In this document: positions 1 to 12,754 of the stretch, piece by piece
How the letters are laid out: each line of letters opens with the position of its first letter
How positions within the stretch are numbered: the first letter of the stretch is position 1
Origin: Vicugna vicugna
Taxonomy: Eukaryota
Length of the DNA stretch: 64,000 nucleotides
Reading direction: 5' to 3'
Assembly: GCA_013265495.1 (NCBI GenBank)
Contig: MU058444.1
Coordinates: 1,364,001 to 1,428,000, forward strand
The notes under the pieces: generated by a model
Told to the model about the DNA's origin: nothing
The model's input: only the letters and a program-made list of their open reading frames with translations
Database searches by the model: none
Made by a program: the position numbers and the translations under genes

Positions 1-802
1 CTTATTCTAGCCCTCAGTTTAGCCTCATAAATTCAGAAGCTTCTTCCATGGTGACCTAATGTGTTCTCTGATTACTAAGGTTATTGATCTATTAACTAAT
101 CTGTTATTCTTTCAAAACTTTAAGTCTTTTTCAAAGTATTTTTGTAGCACACTTCCAGGTAATGTATTCCCATGTAAGTTGATAAAATTCAATTTAACAC
201 AGTGTCTTTTTCTTTTGAAATATTTTCAATGTGTTGAAGAACAGGAATTCAGTCTGGGTTTTTAAAGCCAAGAGAGGATAAGAAAAGGAAAGACTGGCGT
301 CATAGTCTTCAAACTTAGAAATGACTCCCTGAACAAGACGGCCGTGAAGAATCCCACAGAACAAGAGACAGGGATTTTCTCGTTATAAAAGCAGTAATAG
401 ACAGGAACTCTCTCCAGACTTTGTCCAATTTTTAAAGGTCTACGTATGCATTTTATGGAGAATTTATGAAGTTCTCCCGCAAGAGGAATCGCATCAGAAA
501 GGCCACTCACCACCGCGTTCAAAGGAGTTGGAAAACATGGTGTGTGTGGATTACTCATCTTTTTAGAGAGAAGAGGCATGCATAGATTCTTTTGAAAAGT
601 GCTTGCGAGGAGACGTCTCTGAAATTTAGATATAGGTCCCCATTCATAAGTCCTCTTGTCTTATGTCCACGTTGCCTTATGTCAAACCTCCTACTCTGCC
701 ATTTTCAGCATCAATTCAAAAGCTAATTTCAAAGGGACTAAAATCATCCTTAAGAAATCTTACCAATCAGCATGTCATTGAATTCACGATCTTCTCCTGA
801 TT

Positions 803-820
803 GTGTGTGTGTGTGTGTGT
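803..820 (+). repeat. (TG)n microsatellite
   Basis: tgtgtgtgtgtgtgtgtg read directly. Confidence 0.9.
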
Positions 821-1664
821 TTTCCACAGCAATGGCAGAGCTAAAGTCATGCTTCTGATTTTGAAACTTCTGTGTTATTTAAGGAGTTTGATCAATGCCT
901 CCTCCTCATTAAATCAGCAAGAAGTCTTCCCCTGAGGCCAGTTAAAGGAATGAGGTTTACAGGCAAAGCAGGAGAGCAAGACTGGGAGGAGGTAGGGGCT
1001 GTGATTCAAATGTCAGAAAAGGGGGAGAAAATGCTCCCGGGTATCAAGCCCGCTTCAGCACTGAGTAACATAGGCACCTCCTCTGTTGGGCTCAGTGAAG
1101 CTGAAGCAGGAAGTCAGAGGCACAGAGATGTCTTGGAGGTGCATGCTTTTGTTCCCTAGAATCCTGTAGGTAGCTGTCAAGCTCACTTCACAATCACATA
1201 CACACACATTCACACACAGACAAAATCAGGAGATTGTGAATTCACTGACACAGTGATTGGTAAGACTTCTTAAGGATGATTTTAGCCCCTTTGAAATTAG
1301 CTTTGAAATTGATGCTGAGTAATGTGACTTTTTTTTTTTTTTAACGGCTCCTTCTTAGGATGCTCTGCTTATTTGAGCTTTGCCTTCTGCTGTATCTCAG
1401 GTACAAGGGCATTTCTCCAAGAAGTGCTCCAGTTAAACTCAGGAGCACACATAAGCCCCAGGATACTTTTCAGTATGTAGATTGGTTTGTAAGTAGGACT
1501 TTTTTTTCTTTAATTAAAAAGTGAGACAGTAACTTTCAAATTTCCTGATCCTTAATTAAGGAACTATGATTATTTCTCAGAAATGTAGGTAGACATTGGC
1601 CAGGAGGAGAATTGAAGAAGCTTCATAGGATGAAGTTTGGGGGTAACAGTGGGCTCTCCATTTG

Positions 1665-1922
1665 AAAAGACTGGGAGTTCGAAATTTGTAGATACTGACA
1701 GGCGTGTGTAGAATAGATGAACAAGATTATACTGTATAGCACAGGGAAATATATACAAGATCTTGTGGTGCTCACAGCAAAAAAAAATGTGACAATGAAT
1801 ATATTTATGTTCATGTATAACTGAAAAATTGTGCTCTACACTGGAAATTGACACAACATTGCAAACTGACTGTAACTCAATTAAAAAAAAGTTAAAATAA
1901 AAAAAGGAAAAAATAAAGAAAA
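1665..1922 (+). mobile_element. Young L1 3' end, 5'-truncated (camelid type)
   Basis: L1 3'UTR hallmarks (tgtatagcacagggaaatatatacaagatcttgtgg; gacacaacattgcaaactgactgtaactcaat) followed by an A-rich tail. Confidence 0.85.
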
Positions 1923-2264
1923 GTACTTAACACATTTCTGGAAGAAAATGCTGATAATTATTTGGAAGCATTCTCTAAATTTGCCAGGAACCATCGCCAA
2001 TATTGGCCCAATGATCCCTTTTTGATGTGGAAGCCAGTGGTTTTAAAAACTTTTGATTTAATATACCTTTAGACCATCTATGTGGTTTAAAAAATTAAAA
2101 TGGGAAAAAATATATTGAGTAACTTTTTTGTCTAATGCCTGGGGATTTATTTGACTAGACAAAATACAACATGACTGATTTTTGTTTTGTCTTATTTTCT
2201 TTTGCTTTTTTTTTGGACAAGGGGGTGGTTTTTTTTTTTTTTTTTCTGTTTTTGGGGGGGGGGG

Positions 2265-2317
2265 NNNNNNNNNNNNNNNNNNNNNNNNNNNNNNNNNNNN
2301 NNNNNNNNNNNNNNNNN
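2265..2317. other. Assembly gap (53 N)
   Basis: Run of N flanked by G and T homopolymers. Confidence 1.
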
Positions 2318-2529
2318 TTTTTTTTTTTTTTTGGAGGGGTGCAATGCTTAGGAGGCTTTGGCATTCATAGACCTAGCAAAGGAACAAAGTTTGGATCAAG
2401 ATTAAATGTAACAACGTATAGAATACACAAAGTGTCTCACGGAGTGCCCTGCATATCACAGGCTCTCCATAAATGATGATAGTTTAAAACACTTAGTTCC
2501 TATCGTGTGTCTGTCTATGTTTTCACTCG

Positions 2530-2665
2530 TATAATCCTCGCGCCAATGGGGACATCGTTATCCTCACTTCACAGACAGGAAACTGAAGCACAGAGAAGTT
2601 AAGGCAACTTGCCCACAGTCAGCAGCTGGCAGATGCCGGGGGTGGGGCGTTGACTCCAGCCATCT
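2530..2665 (-). mobile_element. MIR SINE
   Basis: MIR core: cacttcacagacaggaaactgaagcacagagaagttaaggcaacttgcccacagtca. Confidence 0.8.
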
Positions 2666-2754
2666 GCTGGGTTGATAAACACGATGGATCGCAGGGGCGG
2701 GTTTGCCAACTGCAGACAGTGACCAGATGGGGCTGGGGAGATGGGAAGGCCGTG

Positions 2755-3000
2755 GACCACAGGGGCTTGTCAGATGTTCGAAGGCGTTTCTTTTTTATCC
2801 TAAGGGCACTGGGAAGTCACTGACAGGTTTTTAGCCAGGGAAGTCCTTGAACAGATGTGCCGGATTCTTACTTGACTGCGGGATGGAGAACAGGTATCAG
2901 GCGGCAGAGTGGCTCTCAGACAACCAGGTAGGAGGCTTGCACAGTCTAACAGGAGAGACGGTTTCCCAGGTCCGGGAAGGTCACGTGGCAATGAAAAGAT
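2755..3000 (-). mobile_element. L2 fragment
   Basis: taagggcactgggaagtcactgacaggtttttagccaggga and agacaaccaggtaggaggct resemble antisense L2. Confidence 0.55.
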
Positions 3001-6000
3001 GCTTCAGGGAGCATTGCCTTTCCTAAGAGCATCGCTCTCCTGTCACTAAAACTCCCATTCACAAAAGTTCCATCATCTGCTGAGGCCCCTGAAACCCACT
3101 GAACACTGCAGCAGAAATGGCTCATTTAATCCAGTCCAAAAGTCAGCCTAAACGCCACTTTCTCTAAGAAGTCTTCCTTGAACGATGATCCTGGGTGAGA
3201 TGGGGAGGCGCCCCTGCTCAGTGTTCCGGTCATCACCCCTCACAGCATCGTTCAGCATCATCTGTATGGAATAGCCTTTTACTGTCCTGTCTCCTCTGAT
3301 GCACGTGGGCTCTTTGAGAGCCACTTGCCATCTGTCGTGGAATCTCCAGGGCTCCAAGAGGGCCCGCCGGCCGTTACTTCACGGACACTGAGTGGCTTTT
3401 GAATGGACAAGTGTGGTTCATTCGCTGAAGCAAATTTGAACCTGGGAAAATCTGAGATGTATATGCATTTGGGTGAGGAGCTTTGCTGTCTGCAGGTGTG
3501 TGAGCCTTTGGCAGGAGGCAGGGAGGTAGGCGGACCTCCCTTCTGTAGCAAGTCATCTCTGACTGCTTAGTAAATCATTACACTAGGCGGTGAGTTCTGT
3601 GGCATTGTTTTTTTTTTCTCTCCTGTAGCCTTACCCCTACCTAAATCAATTGTCCCCTCGTGTCACCACGCACACCCACCTTTTGTAAGCAATAGACTTC
3701 TGCATGTTCACAAAAGATTCTGTATTTCACTGGACTTAATAAACTCAAAGAAATCCTCAAGAGAGACATCCTTTGGAAGTATGATTTCAGTTTGTGACTT
3801 ACAGAATGAACAGTAGAATAGTCTGCCTACATACAGTCATTCTGTGTAAGCAGTTAGACGCATTTTGTGAAAAAATTCAAATGGTTGTCTGATTACTTGA
3901 CCTATTTCTAAAGTCAACTGGAGTGGATATTTGTTGAATAAACATTTGTTGAATTTACTGAGTGCCTGTTATATGCAATTTCCATAAGGGCTACACAAAT
4001 TAAAATAAAATGTTTATTCCAAATAAAAGAATGTCCCTCTCAAGAAGATGAAATTCATGTGTAAGCTTATACGAATAAATTTTATATTCTAATGACTTGA
4101 AGAAAAAAATATAGCCACCCATGACTTCCGTCTGCTATACTTCATGGAATGTTTCCAATCACAAAACAGTTTTTATATTGAAACAAACAAAAAATCTAAA
4201 GATTTGTTGAAGAGCGGTCTAGATTTTCTAAGCCAGTAGAACTACAGAAGTAAGCACTAAAATCACCATTTTGACTTTGCAAGAGACCATATCACATCAT
4301 TTATAAAGACTCATTTTGAATCGTAGCAGATATAGAATCTAATCCTGTCCTTTACATATTGGGGGGTGGCGAGCCCTCAATTTGCTTATCTCTAAGGAAG
4401 AACAATAATGCTCATCTTTAGTTGCAAGAATCGAAGGAAATAATGCACCTTAAATGTCTAGCATCATGCTTAAAACTCAAGAGCAATTAGCCAGAATCAG
4501 CAGACTGACAGGTAGATCCAAAACTAAATCTGTATTTGAGACCTCAGCCGTGGTCCTTCAGAGAAAGCCGTGTCCACATTACAGCTGGATGCGGGATTTT
4601 GGGGAAATATGCCAGAAATGGTGGAGAAACAAGAAGAGGGGGTCAGAGTGGGCTGCATTTTTATGAGTGTCATTCCCCAATAGAGATTTCTTTCTTGGGT
4701 GGGAGGAAGAATCAGGGAGTCGATGACATTCCAAATGAAGCCAGAAAGAGTGACCATCTCTAATACATACAAGGGCTGAAAACAACCAATCAATAGGGAT
4801 TGTATTCTGTGATACATGGAGTCAGTTATAGGCACTTCGGAAAGTTTGGACCAGTGAACCCACGGAGAGCGGCTGGTTGCCTCAGGTCTGCGGTGACGCA
4901 CATAACTAACACCCAGGAAAGTATGACTGAGCCCTCAGGTCCCATCTCCTCTCTCTATGTCGCCTTAACTCCCCTTTGTCCAGAGAGCTGGGAGAAATGG
5001 AAAAGGGAAGTCTGCCCTGGATTTATCATCACAGAGTATCTACTTGACAACATTCATGACGCTGATCAATCTCTTGAGGAGGAATGTAAGCTGTGCTGGG
5101 AACGTGGAGAGAGAAACCCAACAAAGAAAGCGCAGCTGTGGTCAAGACCCGGTCACTCTGAAATATGATCCACTGAGATCGTAAAATCATGGGTATTAAG
5201 GAGTCAAAAAGCAGATTTACAAATCAAATTCCGGACTGCAGAATATCTGTTGTATTTAGTTAAAAATCTGCTACTAAGCTTCTCTGTCTGAAGAGGGACC
5301 CGTATATTTCAGATCCTTCTGTAACAAGTCACATTGAGAGAAATGGTGGATGGGAGACCCACCACCTACATGTATTGGTGACCATCCATTCCAAGAAGGT
5401 GTCTCCATGCCCGCATGCTAGTGTTTAAATACAGGCTACCCATTAACATTTAAATCACTGATCATAAATCTGGGATCATCAATAATGTTACTGCCGATCA
5501 GCAAACTGAGAAGGAAATCATGGGACCCCGCAAGCCCTATGGAAGATGTCCTCGTGCTTCGAGGAGACGTCCGTCACTGGTGGAGGAAGACCTGTCTGTT
5601 CTGGGCTCCACCAGTAGGTCAGTCTTGAGCTTGCTGGGTTGTAAAGCTGAGCTGCTGGGACGGTTCTGTTCTTACATTAGCCAAAAAATGACAAATAAAA
5701 ATAAAAACAACTCTGGATTGGTAAAAATAAATTAATTAAAAAGCACACACACAAAAATTATTAGCAATCATTTAAAAGATTTTCAACATCCTCTGCTTAA
5801 AAAAAAAAAAAGAAAGAAAAGTCCAAGAGAAATAAATATAAAATACATCTAAATGTCATTAATTCTGGAAAAATAAATATTCAGCTGTTCATTTAACTGG
5901 TAGCACTTTGCCAAGCAAGGGACAAAAATGCCTGAAAGTAGCTAGAAATCCTTCAAACATTCTAAAGCTAAGCCTTGCTTGGAGCAAATGTTATGGCTGA

Positions 6001-6076
6001 AATGGTGAACTCAGAGAATTAACTGCTTGGCCGTCTTTCTTTTCTCCCTACCTATTTCATTAATAAATGACTTTTT

Positions 6077-6236
6077 TTTTTAAAGCTTGTGGTATCTTCT
6101 TTTTTTATACTTTTTTAGGGGGAGGAGGTAATTAGGTTTATTTATTTATTTTAATGGTGGTACTGGGGATCAAACCCAGGACCTTGTGTGTGCTAAGCAT
6201 GTGCTCTGCCACTGAGCTATCCCCTCTCCCTCCAAA
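6077..6236 (-). mobile_element. tRNA-Ala-derived camelid SINE (Vic-1-like)
   Basis: Minus strand reads gagaggggatagctcagtggcagagcacatgcttagcacacacaaggtcctgggtttgatccccagtacc...aataaacctaattacctcc. TSD aaatgacttttt at 6065-6076 and 6237-6248. Confidence 0.9.
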
Positions 6237-8094
6237 AAATGACTTTTTGGTTTGAATAATAAAGCTAGAAAGACTGGTAAATTACTACTAGAGAGGAGAG
6301 GGCTTTTCGATTGGTTTTGTGACTCTAATAATAGTAAATAGTTACAAGGCTGAAAAATACCTCTACGACTTGGTACCTTGAACATATTATAAACACCAAG
6401 ATGAGTGCCGACTGTCATAGTGTTTTATTTCAAAGGGAGAGTTTTCATGAGAACTAAATACTATTGGTATCATTTCGGGGATAGGTAAATAGAGAGATTT
6501 TGAATACACACTTCAGAGCAGATTCACTATTGTGTAAAAGTAAATTTTAAATAATATGCAATGAAACTTTGAGGACAAAAATAGATTGTGTTTCCTCAGG
6601 GATGCCAAAATAAAATAGGAATTCATTAAGGCAATTTATTAAAGTGAATAAAATCCCCATTAACTAAGGTACATGCCCAATCTCCACGTTCTTTTCAGTC
6701 TGTACGTAGACACCAATATTCCTGCTAAAGTTAAGAGGAGTTTGCTGTTTGCATATAAAGTACACACTCTTAAATTTTAAATACATCTGTTCTTAGCCAT
6801 AAATGATTTTCCTCTTGTGTATAACACAGGATAAGGTTAAAATAATTTTAAAGGCATGTGTTTATCTGTAAAACAGGCATGACACAGTATATGAATATGT
6901 TTCAAAAAGTTGCCCCAATAGAGCAGGTCCTTGATATTTTATTATTTCTCGTTGAAGCATCCCTTGCACGAAGGTCTCATGTGATACCAGAGAGCAATGA
7001 AAACTGTGCACAAACCGACAGCAAGAAATAATATTCTGCTTGTTGAAAACATGATATTGAACACTTACCTTTTTAAGATTTCTCATGAATTTACAAGGAT
7101 AATTACATCGTCCTCACCTGTGGAAGTTACTGAAAGGAAGAGTTTTCAATGGAAAATGATTGTAAGGAGAAGGTCAAGAAAAGTTCTGAAGAGTAGCGAG
7201 GATTTGGAGAGTTATACAACTTTCTTTTAAAAGTGTGACATCGGGGCTGTAGATTTTCCTAACATTTGGGGTCAGGATGTGAGGCCAGGCAAAAGGGCAA
7301 AGATGATTCCAAACCAGTAGATTAATTTACTTTTAGCCAATTACAGTGAATATCCCATCACGGCTGTTTACATTTCTGCTGTCATCCCCATGCATTAGCG
7401 CCAGGTTAACACGCAAGCCATGAGCCATGGGACGGCTTCATAAATCTCACTGTCCTTAGATAGCGAAGTCCAGTGCCCTCGCCTTACTTCCTGGGAATAA
7501 CCTTTGATCTTCAGATCAACAGTAAAAATAATTACTGACTGTGGCCCAAGCGGGATTAGTCACTTCGGTTCTGAGGAGCTGCACAGCTGGAGACAGATGT
7601 GCAGGTCTCCCGCCCGGATCCTAAAGGATCTTCCCCGAGCGTTTATATCTTGCTTGTCATTCGTTTATCGCAGGCCAAATGTTTCTCTTTTGTAAACGTG
7701 TGTAAAACATTCTCAGAATTTCAAACCATAACAAACGGGGGCTGAACGTAGACGGAATGCAAAAAGGAAATCTCCCATCTGTCCAAATCGAGCAGTTGTG
7801 TTATCAGAAAAGGAAGACTGAAAAAATACACACCCCCACACACCCCCTCACACACACACATTATTTTAATATAGATTTCATGGGGAGAATACTAGTCAGA
7901 GAAAATGCCAAAAGTTTAAACAAGAAGAAAATTACTTAAAAGGTGTTAACTCACAAAATTAATCTTTATTGTTAAATTGGCTTTTCTTCTTTTCCTTTTT
8001 ATGCATCATGTTGTTATTAATCTTAGTTTTAGGGAAAATATATCCACATTAATACTATATCCCTTGTGCAATTTTCTATTTATTATTGATATCT

Positions 8095-8640
8095 CATTAT
8101 GTTCATTTATTCAGAGATTATTCATTCATTTATTCAATAAGAATTATTTAGGGTCTGTTAAGTGCAGGGCACAGTTCTAGGCAGTTGAGGACACCATTGT
8201 GGACAATACTGAGCTTATGTCCACAAGCTCAGAGGGGATACAGCTTCTACTGAGAAGAGACAGGCAGTAAATGAATTTATAAATAAGCTAATTTCTGGTG
8301 GTGATTGATGCCAGGGTAACAACAAAACTGAGTAACATGGGAGAGTGACTGGGGTGGGTGGGCAGCCTGAGTTAAGTAAGTTACCCATCCAGGTGGACCT
8401 CCCTGAAATTGGTGTCTCCTGGTGCAAGTCTGAATGATGTAAAAGAATCAATCAGGAGAGAACTGGGATTAAAATCTGTCTAGGCAGAATGAGCAGCAAG
8501 TGCAAAGGCCCTGTGGGAGCATCAGCATGATGTGTTTAAGGAACAGCCAGCCAGCCAGCCAGAGCTCAGCTGCTGAGGAAACTCGCAGGCACCGATTTTC
8601 ACTGCACCTCAGAGGCTTCAGTAAGGAGATCTGACTATTT
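8095..8640 (-). mobile_element. L2 3' region
   Basis: ttcattcatttattcaataag tail, tgcagggcacagttctaggc, and cagcaagtgcaaaggccctgtgg. Confidence 0.8.
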
Positions 8641-10189
8641 TACATGTATTTTGGGTTTTCCTAAGCATATTTTGACTCTTTTCCCCTAAGGATCGTTGAT
8701 AGCATGGAAAGGCTAGAACTTTCTCTTTATAAGTTAATGGATAAGAAAGAAAAATAGGTACAGCGAGACCTATTCTAACATTTTTAAAAAATCACTTAAC
8801 AGACTCTTCTTGTTCTGAGAAAGAAATATAGAATCCAGCCAAATCTTTTTTTTTTTTTTCTATTTCCTTAGGCTATTGTCAAACACAAAGCGATAAGGGA
8901 AATTTCAGGTTAGATTTCACAACTGTCAAAAACCTCTTGGGGCTGATTTTTACATTTTATTGAGTTTGGCTCCTGGATTGTCTGATTTGTCAGAAGTGAC
9001 TTGACTCGGATAATCACACAGACGCAGACTAAATAAATTTGCAGTATTTCAGGAATTCTATTGTTTTCATTCGGTTGTTCACCAGACCTCAGCCCACTTC
9101 TTCCTCACTTGAGCAATAACCATCCTGGGGGTCACGCCTTACTTGAAACTAGCTCATGATTGGCATTGTTTTAAACTCAAGTTATAAGTTCCCCAAGAAA
9201 TTAATAGCATTTTACTGCAGAATTCATTAAATTAATACTCTTTTAATTTAGCTTCCCAAAGTTAATAACTTTATGCTGATTGAAATCCAATACACGACTG
9301 GCAAAAACAATCAGAAAAAAATACAAGCAAATCTCACACGGAATTCCACGACTCAGAGATAACCACAGTTAATATTTTGGGTTCTGCCTTCCCTATATTA
9401 AACTTTTTTAAGTCTGCCTACTTTCTTATGATACTTTTGCTTTTTTGTTCCATTTTAACTAAATTTACAGGGTTTCATATTCTTTGAAGACACAGATGAT
9501 TGATGAACCGCAATTACAGAACCAATATCTTACAACCAGATCTTTAAATGGCTCTAAATATTCCCTTTTATTTAGAAAAAAAAAGGCATAAAATTCCTAG
9601 AAGAAAACATAGGGGATAATTTCCTTTATACTGGTTTTAGCAATGATTTTTCTGGATTTGACACAGAAAGCAAAGACAACAAAAGCAAAAACAAATAAGG
9701 GGAGCTGCAACAAACTGAAAAACTTCTGCACAACAAAGGACACCATCGATAAAATGAAAAGGGCAGTCTACAGAATGGAAGAAAATGTTTGCAAATCATA
9801 CATCTGATAAGGGGTTAATAACCAAAATATACAAAGAGTTTAAATTGAGTAGCAAAAAAACCAAACAATCCAATTAAAAATTAGGCAAAGGACCGGAATA
9901 GACATTTTTCCAAACAGGGCATATTCTCGGCCAATAGATACACAAAAAGGTGGTCAACATCACTTATTATCAGGGAAATGCAAATCCAAACCACAACTAA
10001 ATATCACCTCACACCTGCCAGAATGGCTATTATCAAAAAGACAACAAATAACAAATGTTGGCGAGCATGCACAGAAAAGGGAGCTCTCCTGCCCTGTTGG
10101 TGGGAATGGCAATTGGTACAGCTGCTGCAGAAAACAGTACAGAGATTTCTCAAAAAATTAAAAATAGAACTACCATATGATCCAGCAAT

Positions 10190-10705
10190 CTTCTCTGGGT
10201 ATTTTCTGAAGGAAATGAAAACACTAACTAGAAAAAATATATGCTCCCCTATGTCCACTGCAGCATTATTTACAAAAGCCACGATACTGGAATGACCTAA
10301 GTGTCTATCGATCGACAAATGGATGAGGGAGATGTGGTGTGTATATATATATACCATTATAAATATATGATGGAATATTATTCAGCCATAAAAGAAGGAA
10401 ATTCTCCATTTGCAGCAACATGAATCGACCTAAAGGGTATTATGCTACTTCTCTGGGTATTTTCTGAAGGAAATGAAAACACTAACTAGAAAAAATATAT
10501 GCTCCCCTATGTCCACTGCAGCATTATTTACAAAAGCCACGATACTGGAATGACCTAAGTGTCTATCGATCGACAAATGGATGAGGGAGATGTGGTGTGT
10601 ATATATATATACCATTATAAATATATGATGGAATATAATTCAGCATTAAAAGAAGGACATTCTCCATTTGCAGCAACATGAATCGACCTAAAGGGTATTA
10701 TGCTA
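10190..10705 (+). repeat. 258-bp tandem duplication inside L1
   Basis: Copies 10190-10447 and 10448-10705 both start cttctctgggtattttctgaagg and end gggtattatgcta. Confidence 0.95.
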
Positions 10706-10993
10706 AGTGAAATAGACAGAGAAAGGCATTGAAATACCATATGATCTCACTGCTTTGTGAAATGTAAAAACAAACAAACAAACAAAAAGCCTGAATTCAT
10801 AATTCCTAGATACAGAGAACAGACTGGTGGTTGCCAGAGGCAAGGGTTTGCGGATGGACAAAATGGCTGAAGGGCGTCAAAAGGGGCAAACTTTCAGTTA
10901 TAACATAAACAAGTCCTTGAGATGTAATATACAACATGGTGACTATAGTTAATAACATCGTGTTGTATATTTGAAAGTTCTAAGACAGTAAAT

Positions 10994-11295
10994 ATTTTTT
11001 TAAAAAATTTTTATTGAAGGACAGTCAGTTTACAATGTTGCACCAGTTTCTGGTGTGCAGCATAATGTTTCAGTCATGCACAGACATACATAGATTCACT
11101 TTCATATTTTTTATTATAGTTTACAAGATATTGAATATAGTTCCCTGTGCTATACAGTGGGACCTTGTTGTTTATCTTTTTTATATATAGTAGTTAATAT
11201 TTGTAAATCTCAAACTCCCAGTTTATCCCTTCCCACCCCCTTTTCCCCCTGGTAACCATAGTTTGCTTTCTATGTCTGGGAGTCTGTTTCTGTCT
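10994..11295 (-). mobile_element. Young L1 3' end nested in the older L1
   Basis: T-rich tail then caagatattgaatatagttccctgtgctatacag. TSD taagacagtaaat (10981-10993) and taagagagtaaat (11296-11308). Confidence 0.9.
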
Positions 11296-11389
11296 TAAGA
11301 GAGTAAATCTTAGAAGTTCTCATCACAAGGGAAAAAAATGTAACCATGTATGATGATGGATACTAAACATATTGTGGTGGTCATTTTGT

Positions 11390-11398
11390 TATATATTT

Positions 11399-11429
<31 letters not shown>

Positions 11430-11438
11430 AATATATAT
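11390..11438 (+). repeat. Imperfect (TA)n microsatellite
   Basis: Read directly. Confidence 0.85.
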
Positions 11439-11928
11439 AAATTTTGAAACATCATGTTGAATACCTGAAACTAATATGATGTTATATGTCAGTTATATTT
11501 CAATTTAAAAAAAAACAGACTATCCAGTCCAAAATGTTGATAGCATGAAAGTTGAGAAACTCTAGCTTAGGGTAAGAAGTGTATAATCTTTGGAAATGGC
11601 TGAGATCTGTGTTCTCTGTGGACTGGAGAACAGGGGTGATTGGTCTACAGTGGAAGAGAAGAAAGAAACAATTTCTCAGGAGAAATACACACAGGACTGC
11701 TAAGAGCTTCCTAGTCCTTGGTTTCTATACTTTGACAGAATGGCTGCTTGGCTCCCTCTGGCTCCATGAGGCACTGAAGCATCCTTGTATTAATTCCCAC
11801 TGCAACTAGTCAGAGTTGGTTTCTGCTACCTGGTCTTTCTTTGGACCTGTGCTTTAGGAATTGGTTCCAAGAAAACGTATCTTTGTGCAGAATGTTAAGT
11901 GGAGGTTTACTGATTTAATGCACAAGCG

Positions 11929-12095
11929 AAAAAGAAAGGAAGAAGGGAAAGAAGGAAAGAATGAAGGAAGGAGAAAAGGAAGAAAAAAGAGAGGAAGAAA
12001 GGAAGGAAGGAAGAAAAAAGAAAGAAAGAAAGAAAGAAAAAAAGAAAGAAAGGAAAGAAAGAAAGGAAGGAAGGAAGGAAGGAAGGAAGGAAGGA

Positions 12096-12126
<31 letters not shown>

Positions 12127-12156
12127 GAAGGAAGGAAGGAAGGAAGGAAGGAAGGA

Positions 12157-12187
<31 letters not shown>

Positions 12188-12217
12188 GAAGGAAGGAAGG
12201 AAGGAAGGAAGGAAGGA

Positions 12218-12248
<31 letters not shown>

Positions 12249-12326
12249 GAAGGAAGGAAGGAAGGAAGGAAGGAAGGAAAGAAAGAAAGAAAGAAAGAAA
12301 GAAAGAAAAGAAAGAAAGAGGAAAGA
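11929..12326 (+). repeat. Compound (GGAA)n/(GAAA)n polypurine repeat
   Basis: Purine-only from 11963 to 12326, with four 61-bp higher-order units at 12061-12304. Confidence 0.98.
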
Positions 12327-12754
12327 CTCACCCCAAAATGGAATAATTCCACATTGGGAAGTGGAAGGAGCAATTAAATTAAACTATTAGTGAATACTAA
12401 ATGTGAAGAAATATACTTACAATAGGCTTAAACTTGTAAAGACAGCAATAAAAATAAATTGAAATAAGGCTATGGGTTGCAGTACATTCCCCTTTAATTT
12501 TAGATTTAGTGTATTCAGTATCCTGAGTCAAGTTTCCTCATATGCAAAACCAGGGTAATAAAAATGATATGACTTAGAGTCTTTTACTTGAAATGAAAGA
12601 AAACCAGCTCTGTTTTATGAGCAGTTTGCAGCACAATCTTGAATCAGAAGAGTCCCTAAGTCTTTCACACCAAAAACCAGCCACTTGTTTGTTATCACAA
12701 CTCCGTTCATCTTTCTTCTTCCCTCTTGCTCCCAAATCTCTCCTTCATTTATGT

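Larger units (their letters stand above)
9587..11515 (+). mobile_element. Older L1 (L1MA9-like): ORF2 C-terminus and 3'UTR, degraded
   Basis: ORF 9978-10295 reads [21 protein letters not shown]...[11 protein letters not shown]...IELPYDPAI, which is L1 ORF2p C-terminus. Typical 3'UTR and A tail. Contains a tandem duplication and a nested L1. Confidence 0.92.

Noticed and set aside
2155..2476. ORFs and G/T runs around the gap
   Set aside because: They span Ns and low-quality homopolymer flanks.
11861..12377. Long K/E/R-rich and F/L/S-rich ORFs (138-161 aa)
   Set aside because: They are translations of the stop-free GGAA/GAAA repeat.
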